Shown piece after piece: positions 33,426 to 44,245 of a stretch of DNA of 64,000 bases. Source of the DNA: Escherichia phage AV111. Below the pieces are notes generated by a model. The model had not been told where the DNA came from. It worked only from the letters and a program-made list of their open reading frames with translations, and did not search any database. Each line of letters starts with the position of its first letter. The stretch's first letter is position 1. The position numbers and the translations under genes are program-made. The stretch is from sequence record OR352941.1; one strand, 5' to 3'.

Positions 33426-33722
33426 TATAAATTCTCTTTAAATTAAAATGCAGGACTTATTGACATTGCCTGCGCAAGCCCTCAAGGGGAACATAGGTTT
33501 TTGGATATTTAACGACCAGGATAACCATAAACCCGTCATCATACCAACCACGACTTAGACAGATAACCTTTTTCTGACGCGTGATAGTACAAAATACATT
33601 CAAGAGGTACACCGTAAAACTGCCGTGGTCTTAAAACTATAATGATTCGCAAATCATTAATCAGACAGTTCGACGGCTCCTCGATTTTCTAGCCGCACTT
33701 AAGGTAGCGAATCACCTAAAAC

Positions 33723-33971
33723 TTATTTAAGGGTAATAACAAAATGACGTACTGCTTTACGAGCTGCAGAAGCCAAAGGCTTAGCATATTTCAGTTCATC
33801 TTTTGCTTCCAGTTCAGAGGCCAAAGCTGCCTGTACCGGGTTCAGATGTTTGAAATAATGCAGGATTTCCAGTGCTTCGGCTTCAACATCAATAGATGCG
33901 CCATAGTTTTCATGACCATTATTCCATGCGTTTCGTTGCAGTTCAAGAGCGTGTTGTAATTGTTTAATCAT
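33723..33971 (-). CDS. rIII: rIII lysis inhibition accessory protein
   Basis: 82 aa, same length as T4 RIII; synteny next to gene 31. Confidence 0.8.
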   Translation of the reverse strand: MIKQLQHALELQRNAWNNGHENYGASIDVEAEALEILHYFKHLNPVQAALASELEAKDELKYAKPLASAARKAVRHFVITLK

Positions 33972-34095
33972 TTTAAATTCTCAATTCGAGATAATATTTA
34001 GTAGCCACGTTCGTCTGAATTTCACCTTCTTTCGACAAGTCTCTCAGTTGTAGGCTACCGCTTAGAAGAGTGTTCTCTTCATATAGTTATTTATA

Positions 34096-34428
34096 TCACT
34101 TATAAAGACACGGAATAGCTTTATAGTGGCATGTTACGAATTTCTGTTTAATTTCTTTAGGTTGTTTAAGTCCCAAAGCCACAAATGGATGTGGAACATT
34201 TCGAATTTGTCCAACTGGTAGTGGAGTCAAATCACCGACTTCAACAAAACCTTCAGGAACATCAGGACCTACAGAATGAACTACACATAGTTCAGGAACT
34301 TCACCTTGAACACGTTTACCAATCACAAGTCCTGATTCGGTAACTTCTTCATCACCCGCTTGAGCGGGTTCAGAAACCAGAATGACATATTCACCAACAG
34401 CACGAATTGGGAGTTGTACTTCAGACAT
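34096..34428 (-). CDS. 31: gp31 co-chaperonin (GroES analogue needed for gp23 folding)
   Basis: 110 aa; [34 protein letters not shown]...[15 protein letters not shown] nearly identical to remembered T4 gp31. Confidence 0.95.
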   Translation of the reverse strand: MSEVQLPIRAVGEYVILVSEPAQAGDEEVTESGLVIGKRVQGEVPELCVVHSVGPDVPEGFVEVGDLTPLPVGQIRNVPHPFVALGLKQPKEIKQKFVTCHYKAIPCLYK

Positions 34429-34454
34429 CTTATTTCCTTGTTGTTTGACGATAG

Positions 34455-34483
34455 ATTAATAATACCATACTATTCGTAAAGCA
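34455..34483 (-). promoter_or_regulatory. Candidate MotA-dependent middle promoter for gene 31
   Basis: Minus-sense aTGCTTTAc (MotA box) followed 12 nt later by TATTAT (TAnnnT), about 30 nt upstream of the gene 31 ATG. Confidence 0.5.
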
Positions 34484-34485
34484 TA

Positions 34486-34794
34486 TTACATAAGAAGCAA
34501 ACGTTCTACCGGAGTACCATCAACCGAAATTACTTTATCAAGGCGGAAAGAACGCCACTGGCCTAACTTGGTATCGAATGCTCGAACTGATTCACGAGGT
34601 TCATAACGAACTTCTGTTGCCGGATTGTTATTTTCATATTTGACTTCAAGTTCATCGCGGGAGGCAAACATCGTACGAACATCACCGTTAGCCTTTTCAA
34701 ATACAACACAATGAACGCCTACAGACAGAATAGTTTTAATACGTTCACGAAGAACCATAGTTTCTTGTTCAGTTAAAATCATATTATTCACCAC
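34486..34794 (-). CDS. Hypothetical protein
   Basis: 102-aa ORF between cd and gene 31. Confidence 0.55.
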   Translation of the reverse strand: MVNNMILTEQETMVLRERIKTILSVGVHCVVFEKANGDVRTMFASRDELEVKYENNNPATEVRYEPRESVRAFDTKLGQWRSFRLDKVISVDGTPVERLLLM

Positions 34795-35365
34795 AAAAGT
34801 TTCGGATTTGTTCCCAATTCAGAGAACGAAGATTATTACGAGAGTACTGAATTACTTCAATACCGGCTTGTTTTAGAATGTCTGCCCAATTTTCAGGAGA
34901 TCTGTCATATAATTCTGCGTATACAACCTTTTTAATACCTGACTGTGTAATAGCTTTAGTGCAATCAGGACATGGAGAAAGCGTCGTATACAACGTAGCA
35001 CCTTCAATAGAATTACCTTTACGAGCTGCAAACAAAATTGCATTCAGTTCCGCATGGATTTCATTATTAGCAGACCATGCACTATGAGCGGCCCGATGTT
35101 CTTTAGCCAAAACAAAATTATCTGCCCGTCCAAATGCTGTAGTGCCTTCTTTATGCCCAGCAACGATGACCGGGCTTGGTTTATTCTTCAACCAACCGTT
35201 TTCGGATGCATGTTCACAACAGTTAACACCACCGGCCGGGCTACCGTTATACCCAGTAGAAATAATGCGCCCATCTTTTTCAATGACTGCGCCAACTTTC
35301 CATGAACAACATTTTGATTCTTGAGAAATCAGATATGCAATCTGAAGGTATGTGCTAGCTTTCAT
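34784..35365 (-). CDS. cd: dCMP deaminase
   Basis: 193 aa (T4 Cd 193 aa); cytidine/dCMP deaminase zinc motifs HAE and PCxxC. Confidence 0.92.
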   Translation of the reverse strand: MKASTYLQIAYLISQESKCCSWKVGAVIEKDGRIISTGYNGSPAGGVNCCEHASENGWLKNKPSPVIVAGHKEGTTAFGRADNFVLAKEHRAAHSAWSANNEIHAELNAILFAARKGNSIEGATLYTTLSPCPDCTKAITQSGIKKVVYAELYDRSPENWADILKQAGIEVIQYSRNNLRSLNWEQIRNFCGE

Positions 35366-36357
35366 TATTGAACCTTATTAATATAAGTTAACAGCTCTTT
35401 AGTTTGTTCCCAACTGATGCACGCATCGGTAACGGAAACGCCATAGGACATATTATCAGAAATTTTTTGATTTCCTTCATGTAGGAATGATTCTATCATA
35501 ATTCCTTTGACCAAATCATTAGCTGCTAAATTTTTACCAATACCAATTTGATTGCTATAATGCCCAGCAGCGTTTGCATGGCTACAGTCAACCATTACAT
35601 AATGATTCAGACCTACTGCACTTGCTTTGTTAGAAGCTTCTTGAATATCAGAAGAATGATAGTTCGGGCCGTTGGTCCCGCCACGCAATACGATATGCGT
35701 ATTCTGATTACCTTCAGCTTCAACAATGCCTACAGTACCATCGACGTCCATACCCATATACCGATGTGGCCAGGCGGCACTATACATCGCGTCTGTAGCT
35801 ACTTTAATAGAACCATTGGTTGCGTTCTTAAAGCCTACGCACATCGGTAGACCTGAAGCAATTTCACGATGTGTCTGACTTTCAGTCGTACGGGCTCCAA
35901 TAGCAACCCATGAGAAAATACCAGAAAGATACTTAATCGTGAATGGGTCTAATACTTCAGTTGCTAATGGAAGTCCCATACGTAGAAGTTTACGACACAA
36001 TGTTCGTGCAACTATAAGACCGTGGTTCATATCAAAACTTCCGTCAAGATATGGATCATTTACAAGACCTTTCCAACCTACGGTAGTTCGAGGCTTTTCA
36101 AAATAAACGCGCATCACTAACAGAACATTAGGAAGACGAGTTTGAAGTTCAGCCAGACGTTTGCCGTATTCAACAGCAGCAATAGGGTCATGAATTGAAC
36201 AAGGACCTACAACAATAAGTTTGCGTGGGTCTTCACCGTTCATAATCGAATTAACTTGTTCGCGATGAGAAGCCACTTGTGATGCGTAAGCTTCCGACAA
36301 AGGAATAATCTCAGCCAGTTCTTTTGGAGAAATAAGTTTTCTGACGACAGGTAACAT
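35365..36357 (-). CDS. 3-deoxy-D-arabino-heptulosonate-7-phosphate (DAHP) synthase, class I (AroG/AroF/AroH-like)
   Basis: 330 aa; collinear with remembered E. coli AroG over its whole length (LIVVGPCSIHDP, VMRVYFEKPRTTVGWKGL, AIGARTTESQ.HRE.ASGL, GFKN, ILRGG); stop overlaps the cd start (TAATG). Confidence 0.88.
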   Translation of the reverse strand: MLPVVRKLISPKELAEIIPLSEAYASQVASHREQVNSIMNGEDPRKLIVVGPCSIHDPIAAVEYGKRLAELQTRLPNVLLVMRVYFEKPRTTVGWKGLVNDPYLDGSFDMNHGLIVARTLCRKLLRMGLPLATEVLDPFTIKYLSGIFSWVAIGARTTESQTHREIASGLPMCVGFKNATNGSIKVATDAMYSAAWPHRYMGMDVDGTVGIVEAEGNQNTHIVLRGGTNGPNYHSSDIQEASNKASAVGLNHYVMVDCSHANAAGHYSNQIGIGKNLAANDLVKGIMIESFLHEGNQKISDNMSYGVSVTDACISWEQTKELLTYINKVQ

Positions 36358-36477
36358 AACAATCCTTAGGAGATATAAACAGATTCTGATTCAACAATAC
36401 CTTTAACCGGATTAGACAGGCTAAGTTGGTAGTGCTCAGATTTATGACCATTCTCGATAGTAATGAGATAGCTCTCA

Positions 36478-36714
36478 TTATAGTGTTCCATATACTCGAG
36501 TTGCTTCAACAAGACCATCACTGCCTAATTTAAGATTAGTAATTTGGTCACCATCTTTAGGATTAACGATTATGAGAAAAGAACGTGGAGATTCTTGAAT
36601 AACTCGTAATGTTGCATCTTGGAAACGTTCAGACACTTTATTGATGAGTGCTTGAGCAAATTCTTTTACTTTAATCTGAAATTCGTGTACTGTAATTGGG
36701 TTTTCACTTAACAT
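36478..36714 (-). CDS. Hypothetical protein (cd.x cluster)
   Basis: 78-aa ORF with early-type promoter at 36741-36770. Confidence 0.5.
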   Translation of the reverse strand: MLSENPITVHEFQIKVKEFAQALINKVSERFQDATLRVIQESPRSFLIIVNPKDGDQITNLKLGSDGLVEATRVYGTL

Positions 36715-36740
36715 TCTGTTTTCCTCATTTTGGTAGAGTT

Positions 36741-36770
36741 ATAGTATCACAACTCCACCGCGTTGTAAAC
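36741..36770 (-). promoter_or_regulatory. T4-early-type promoter
   Basis: Minus-sense GTTTAC-N18-TACTAT. Confidence 0.55.
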
Positions 36771-36772
36771 CA

Positions 36773-37048
36773 TTAAATTGCTTTGCATTCAATTTTTTGT
36801 GTACCGAAATTGATATCACATTGGATAACTAAATCGCCGTCAAGATCAAATACCACGATGGCGTGTGCAGACCCAGGGAGAAGAGTAATAGCAATAGAAT
36901 CTACTTGGTCTGGGAGCAAAGCATTGAGTACATGAGTTAGTTGAGCATGAACTCTGAGTTCGGCCGCATTATCAAGCACTTCAAACATATTATTAGCAAT
37001 AATCTGACTGAAGACTACCTTTACAATTTCAGAATAAGTTGGGAACAT
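36773..37048 (-). CDS. Hypothetical protein (cd.x cluster)
   Basis: 91-aa ORF. Confidence 0.5.
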   Translation of the reverse strand: MFPTYSEIVKVVFSQIIANNMFEVLDNAAELRVHAQLTHVLNALLPDQVDSIAITLLPGSAHAIVVFDLDGDLVIQCDINFGTQKIECKAI

Positions 37049-37055
37049 AATTACC

Positions 37056-37280
37056 TCAGTGCACAGTATTTACTTTAACTCGAACAACAAATCGCTCGGT
37101 TGGTTCACCTACAGGAACAAACTCTACATGATATTCACCTTTGTAACGAGTATTCAGATCATTACGAATTCCTGCGAGTTTGTTGATTAATGTAGGACTC
37201 ATATTAAGTCCCACTAGTTCACGAAGCATTTTGTATGCTTCATCTTCGATTTCATGATGTTTATCGTACATAGTTTTCAT
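37056..37280 (-). CDS. Hypothetical protein (cd.x cluster)
   Basis: 74-aa ORF. Confidence 0.5.
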   Translation of the reverse strand: MKTMYDKHHEIEDEAYKMLRELVGLNMSPTLINKLAGIRNDLNTRYKGEYHVEFVPVGEPTERFVVRVKVNTVH

Positions 37281-37451
37281 TTAACCATTCAATTGCCTGG
37301 TCGACGTTATCAAATATACCGCCGACCAAACGTTCTTCATGCTCATAGTCCAGCACATCAATACCGAACTGTCCATTTACTAAAGGCCAGGCTACAAACA
37401 AATATTCTTTATGCTGTTCGATGGCCTCAATCACTTCATATAATCGTTTCA

Positions 37452-37452
<1 letters not shown>
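37261..37452 (-). CDS. Hypothetical protein (cd.x cluster)
   Basis: 63-aa ORF immediately downstream of pseT. Confidence 0.5.
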
Positions 37453-38538
<1,086 letters not shown>

Positions 38539-38539
<1 letters not shown>

Positions 38540-38838
38540 TATTTGATTCCTAAGAAAGCTTCAAGAATACGAATGTTGAGTTCGCGCCGGTCTTTATTAA
38601 TTTCAGCAACGTTTTTATTAATTGACGTACTTCTAACGTTTGAAGAAATAAATTTAATCATATGACTTTTGAGTTGTTGCAAATCCAACCCTTTTTCTTT
38701 AGCAGCTTTACGAAGAGCTTTACCTGCTTCATCTAGTGCCTTTGCTGCATCTTTGTCATAATTGCCAGGTGACATTCCACGACAGATATCAACATACTCA
38801 TCAGACCGTTTGATGTAATTCTCTAGTAATGTTTTCAT
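38539..38838 (-). CDS. Hypothetical protein (pseT.x)
   Basis: 99-aa ORF with early-type promoter (GTTTAC-N18-TATAAT) at 38866-38896. Confidence 0.5.
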
Positions 38839-38895
38839 TTAGATTTCCTCAATTATCCATAGGAGCATTATACTCTGCTCCTGAGAGTTTGTAAA

Positions 38896-39120
38896 CTATT
38901 TTACTAAAGATTCAATATACTCGTGAAGAGTTTTAGTCGCTACTGCCCACTTATTCTGATATTCATTTTTCAGATTAGCACGAGACTGAACTAACAATCG
39001 GTCATTAGTCGGAGGCAAAGATTCTAATCGTTGAATCTGGCGCCCATAAATCATAGCCGCCATTTCAGATTCATAGATAAGCCCTTTAATGTATTCATGC
39101 TGTTCTTTAGTCATTGGCAT
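38896..39120 (-). CDS. Hypothetical protein
   Basis: 74-aa ORF. Confidence 0.5.
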   Translation of the reverse strand: MPMTKEQHEYIKGLIYESEMAAMIYGRQIQRLESLPPTNDRLLVQSRANLKNEYQNKWAVATKTLHEYIESLVK

Positions 39121-39401
39121 TTTTCCTCTTTTAAACCACTACGATAATAACATAACATAGTCTTCTGGTCATGTATATATCTTTTTACGTCGTTTAACCA
39201 GATACGAAATTCTTGAGAGTCTTCAAATGGCATTCCAACCCACGGATTACCATCAATAACCTTTACTTGCCATTTCTGGTTATATTCGGAAATAGGCGTA
39301 GGCCATGAAGGATGTAAAGTTTCTTTAGGGCTTACTGGCACATCCTGAGTACATCCAACTAGGAGACCAATAGATAATACAGCCACAGTTAATTTAATCA
39401 T
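39111..39401 (-). CDS. Outer-membrane spanin lipoprotein (o-spanin, pseT.2-like)
   Basis: 96 aa; signal peptide with lipobox LLVGC; directly follows and overlaps the i-spanin-like gene. Confidence 0.7.
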   Translation of the reverse strand: MIKLTVAVLSIGLLVGCTQDVPVSPKETLHPSWPTPISEYNQKWQVKVIDGNPWVGMPFEDSQEFRIWLNDVKRYIHDQKTMLCYYRSGLKEEKCQ

Positions 39402-39754
39402 TCTGAGAGCTTCCTGAGGTCTTCTGCAAAGGAATCGAAGGACCTGTTGATTTGTTTTTCGACCAATCCTGGCTTACTTGCCACCACGTTCTTCTTCTTC
39501 GAATCCTTACGGAGCTTTTCATTTTCAGCCTTAAGTTGGTCAACTAAAACACGGTTCTTATAAGTCATTTCTTCGATTGACTGATATTGAATCTTGAAGT
39601 CGTCTAATACTTTAGCATTGTTTTTAGCAGTCTCTTTAACAGAAGCCAATTCAGTATTCAGCGAATCAACTTTGTTGTTTAAGACAACTATTGTTATAGT
39701 AGAAACTAGAGCAAAAGCTGTTACTATAGCATAAATCGGATTTACTTTAAGCAT
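39398..39754 (-). CDS. Inner-membrane spanin (i-spanin, pseT.3-like)
   Basis: 118 aa; N-terminal transmembrane helix (IYAIVTAFALVSTITIVVL) followed by coiled-coil-like periplasmic domain. Confidence 0.7.
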   Translation of the reverse strand: MLKVNPIYAIVTAFALVSTITIVVLNNKVDSLNTELASVKETAKNNAKVLDDFKIQYQSIEEMTYKNRVLVDQLKAENEKLRKDSKKKNVVASKPGLVEKQINRSFDSFAEDLRKLSE

Positions 39755-40242
39755 GTTTTAATAATCTCAATGATTTCATCTCGGGATAATCCATTGATAA
39801 GAACGGTTTTCAAACCATCACACTGGATTTTGTATGATTCAAACAATACACACAACTCTTCTGCTGTATGATATGGACTTGAAATTCCGAGGCGGTTGAA
39901 TTTGTCGGTAAGAGGGTCGCAAATAATATAGAATTTGATACCTGCGATATGTACGTTTGGTTGACTAATATTAATGAACACATTAGCGTCATATTTAGTC
40001 AAATTGTTTTGAAGAAATTCTACCATAGCATTAACTGCTTCTGGCATCGCTTCGCGTTTCTCTTCAGCGTATCGGGTTGAATACTCTTTTTGTTTTACTT
40101 TCTTTTTAAGATTTTTGGCCAGTGTAACACGTAGGTCAGTAAGATAACCAACTGGACGTCCTTTCTTAAAGACCCGGATTCCGTCAGTTGTGTCTCCAAA
40201 AGCGTTTACGACCATATCGTTAGTAATCAATTGCATATTCAT
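39742..40242 (-). CDS. alc: Alc, host transcription termination/unfolding factor (167 aa from internal start)
   Basis: SD GAGGAG 6 nt before ATG of MNMQLITNDMVVNAF...; 167 aa matches T4 Alc length; early-type promoter at 40272-40301. Confidence 0.8.
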   Translation of the reverse strand: MNMQLITNDMVVNAFGDTTDGIRVFKKGRPVGYLTDLRVTLAKNLKKKVKQKEYSTRYAEEKREAMPEAVNAMVEFLQNNLTKYDANVFINISQPNVHIAGIKFYIICDPLTDKFNRLGISSPYHTAEELCVLFESYKIQCDGLKTVLINGLSRDEIIEIIKTCLK

Positions 40243-40303
40243 AATTTTCTCCTCGTGTTGTTGATAAACCCATAGTATCACCATCCTTGGTGTTTGTAAA
40301 CCG

Positions 40304-41437
<1,134 letters not shown>

Positions 41438-41483
41438 TCAGTTAGTTTTTTTAAATTGTACCACAATCCTTGTGGTATGTAAA

Positions 41484-41894
41484 CTACTTTTTCTTATGTT
41501 GGATATTCCAAGGCGGGTTGAACTTTTTGATAAAAAGTGGTTCTTCAAGGTCCATTGTTGCGATGGTCATTGAACCAAGTTCGTTGGTGACTGAAAGGTC
41601 AAAACATTGGCGGGCCCAGAATTCAACCTTTTTGCCTTGCATTAAGGCATCCAAAATCATAAGTGATTTTCTTGAATCTGAAGTCTGGTCTTTTCGATTT
41701 ATGGCTGTTCGATAATAGTTAATGCGTTTCTTTAAATTCTTGGTTTTACCAATATACACGAGTTCGTCATCTATAGCAATAGCATATATGACATTTTTCT
41801 TATTAGGGACATCAACTGTTTTAATTGTTGCATCTTCTAATAGCTCCAATTCTGTATATTTAATAAAGGAATATTCGGCGGCGATATCTTTCAT
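41484..41894 (-). CDS. denA: Endonuclease II (GIY-YIG family, host DNA degradation)
   Basis: 136 aa (T4 EndoII 136 aa); GIY-YIG-type motif VIYAI...VYIGKT; position between rnlA and nrdB. Confidence 0.85.
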   Translation of the reverse strand: MKDIAAEYSFIKYTELELLEDATIKTVDVPNKKNVIYAIAIDDELVYIGKTKNLKKRINYYRTAINRKDQTSDSRKSLMILDALMQGKKVEFWARQCFDLSVTNELGSMTIATMDLEEPLFIKKFNPPWNIQHKKK

Positions 41895-41920
41895 AATAAA
41901 GTGGGACCGAAGTCCCGTCC

Positions 41921-42430
41921 TTAGAAATATTTTTTGTATGAATTGATTACATTTTGGTCTACATCATTATCAATTTGTGCGACAAGATAAGAACTGATTT
42001 CAACTTCTTGTGGGGCTGCTTGAACCAAATCAGAGTTCAAATACTCACGAATCCATGGAATAGGATGACGAGTTGATACGTCTTTAAGAGGACATGGCAG
42101 ACCACAACTACGCATACGAGACACGGTAAGATAATCCACAAATTCACTTAGGATTTTAACATTTAGACCTGGAAGAGCACCATCTTTAAACAAGTGTTCA
42201 GCCCATTCTTTTTCTTGAGCGTTAACTTCCATGAAAATATCAACTGCTTCTTGTTCACACTCTTGAGCAATTTTGACCCATTCATCACCGTCTTCGCCAT
42301 CTTGTAAAGCACGAATAATATATTGAGTGCCCTTGAGGTGAAGCTGTTCATCACGAGCAATGAACTTCATAATCTTGGCATTACCTTCCATGATTTCCAT
42401 GTTCTTATGGAAGTTAAAGGTACCGTTATG
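41921..42430 (-). CDS. nrdB: Ribonucleotide reductase small subunit NrdB, 3' exon (approximate 5' boundary)
   Basis: Translation ...MEIMEGNAKI..FIARDE.LHL.GTQ...VSSYLVAQIDN corresponds to the C-terminal half of class Ia NrdB; upstream boundary estimated by alignment to E. coli NrdB. Confidence 0.8.
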   Translation of the reverse strand, partial: HNGTFNFHKNMEIMEGNAKIMKFIARDEQLHLKGTQYIIRALQDGEDGDEWVKIAQECEQEAVDIFMEVNAQEKEWAEHLFKDGALPGLNVKILSEFVDYLTVSRMRSCGLPCPLKDVSTRHPIPWIREYLNSDLVQAAPQEVEISSYLVAQIDNDVDQNVINSYKKYF

Positions 42431-43512
42431 TTCGATTGAGCTCGCTAATTCTCAACCCGTTCTCTTATGAACTGCTACATATTACTATGCAGACCAGACT
42501 ATATCACAATCCCGGAGGGATTCTCCCCATTTCGAGTCGCTTGACCCTACGTCCGAAGACTAGTCGTTGAACCTTGCTTTGCAATTGTCGCCGTGCCATC
42601 GTTTATATGTTGATGGTGATAAATCTTTCTTATCACAATATGGACAATTCAATTGAATTCTATTTGGATTTAATTTACATCTGTCATTATGTTTTAGATA
42701 AAATCCAGGACCTTTACCAATGTGACCACAGAAATCACATGTGATTTCTTTTTGTGCAGGATGGGTCCCGTTCTTAACCATTTCTAATGTTTTTGCTGAT
42801 GTTCTTTTCTTATGGTCTTCTGATAAGAAATGATGTGAACCGTCATTTACCCGTTTTGATTGAGTTTCTGACTGCATTTTACCACCGCAAAATACATGAG
42901 TACCTTCTTTTATAGCTGCAATATTACGTTCTTTGACTTTTGCAACATGCTCAGCTTGTTGAAAATTATGTATACCTAATGCAACTCTATTTAAATTAGA
43001 TTTACGTTGTATTTCACCACCTAAAAGATGAAATGTACCATTTTCTATCTTAGATTTAATAGAGGCAATATTTTTAGCTCGTACTTCAGGGATATTAAAA
43101 ATCTGGATTTCTCTAGATTTTGCGGCTTTAGAAGCTAATTCAGAAATTTCTTCAGGAGAATATTTCATTCTAAGCTTTATAGCATGACAAGCCTGGTAAT
43201 CTTTTTGAGCTAAATGTATATCATAATGTTCCTGTATAGAAAGGCACATCAAATTATCTAAATCATTATTTTCACGGTTACCGTCTTTATGATGGATTTC
43301 GTATGTTCTTCCATCAGAATCTTTAGGTATAGGTCCGTTAGCATCTATCCAAATTTTTCTATAGTTCAATTGTGCATCCTCTTAAAAGTATAATCATATT
43401 TATATTATACTAATTAAAGGTGCAAGCAAAACCTTGGCTGCTAGTTTTCCTATAAAGGACTTTCCAGCAATTAAAGGAGTTTTCGATAAACGTTACCGTT
43501 TAAAGGCGCATT
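42431..43512 (-). mobile_element. Probable group I intron in nrdB carrying an HNH homing endonuclease gene (boundaries approximate)
   Basis: About 1.1 kb separates two halves of a conserved NrdB at the FYVSFA / ELMEGN junction; ~145 and ~160 nt of noncoding sequence flank the endonuclease ORF, as in the T-even nrdB intron. Confidence 0.7.
42560..43369 (-). CDS. HNH homing endonuclease, I-TevIII-like (intron-encoded)
   Basis: 269 aa; HNH motif EIHHKDGNRENNDLDNLMCLSIQEHYDIH; C-terminal Cys-rich zinc-finger-like segments (CDFCGH...C, CPYCDKK...C); same length as I-TevIII. Confidence 0.8.
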   Translation of the reverse strand: MNYRKIWIDANGPIPKDSDGRTYEIHHKDGNRENNDLDNLMCLSIQEHYDIHLAQKDYQACHAIKLRMKYSPEEISELASKAAKSREIQIFNIPEVRAKNIASIKSKIENGTFHLLGGEIQRKSNLNRVALGIHNFQQAEHVAKVKERNIAAIKEGTHVFCGGKMQSETQSKRVNDGSHHFLSEDHKKRTSAKTLEMVKNGTHPAQKEITCDFCGHIGKGPGFYLKHNDRCKLNPNRIQLNCPYCDKKDLSPSTYKRWHGDNCKARFND

Positions 43513-44190
43513 TTACGCAAAAGATACATAAAAACGAATTGCTTCTAAGGCATTAATAACGTGCAAACAGAGGTAAAGAGATTTCATTAGCTCACGCTTC
43601 CAATATGTCTCATGCTCAATAGCATCTTCAATAACGTCTTCGTCTGCATTAATTTCTTTTTGGTATTCGATATCAGCTTTAGCGTTTTCCCAATAACGAG
43701 CTTTAACCAGAACATCATCATAATATCGTCCGATAGATTCGGCACGCTTCATAATAGCTTCATCTAATACAATCTCATCAAACACCTTCGATGGATCTGT
43801 ATAAAGATTTCGCATAATATGAGTATATGAACGAGAGTGAATAGTTTCACTGAAAGTCCATGTAGCAACCCATGTATCTAATGAAGGGTCTGAAAGCAAT
43901 GACATAAGTACCGCAGATGGTGCTCTACCTTGGATAGAATCTAATAATGATTGATACTTAAGGTTGTTGGTAAAGATGTCCTGTTGGAACTGTGGAAGCT
44001 TATTAAACTGGGCCGAATCCAACATCAAGTTTACTTCCTCGGGACGCCAAAAGAACGAGAGCTGCTTTTCGATAAGCTCTTCAAAAACTTTATGACGCTG
44101 AATATCATACCGTGCGAGGCCAAGACCAGAACCAAAGAACATCGGTTCATTCAAAACATCGACTTGTTGTGTGTTAAAAACTGTACTCAT
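43513..44190 (-). CDS. nrdB: Ribonucleotide reductase small subunit NrdB, 5' exon
   Basis: 225 aa ending ...LCLHVINALEAIRFYVSFA then stop (stop lies in the insert). Confidence 0.85.
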   Translation of the reverse strand: MSTVFNTQQVDVLNEPMFFGSGLGLARYDIQRHKVFEELIEKQLSFFWRPEEVNLMLDSAQFNKLPQFQQDIFTNNLKYQSLLDSIQGRAPSAVLMSLLSDPSLDTWVATWTFSETIHSRSYTHIMRNLYTDPSKVFDEIVLDEAIMKRAESIGRYYDDVLVKARYWENAKADIEYQKEINADEDVIEDAIEHETYWKRELMKSLYLCLHVINALEAIRFYVSFA

Positions 44191-44245
44191 TATATTTTCT
44201 CACCTAGTTATTAACTCATCCATGAGTAAATTATAATAAAAAGTC

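Noticed and set aside
33426-33722. Possible tRNA or other known RNA gene in the ORF-free interval
   Set aside because: No cloverleaf could be drawn (no acceptor stem pairing with a GTTCRANYC T-loop at the right spacing); the TCGAA-like strings are isolated.
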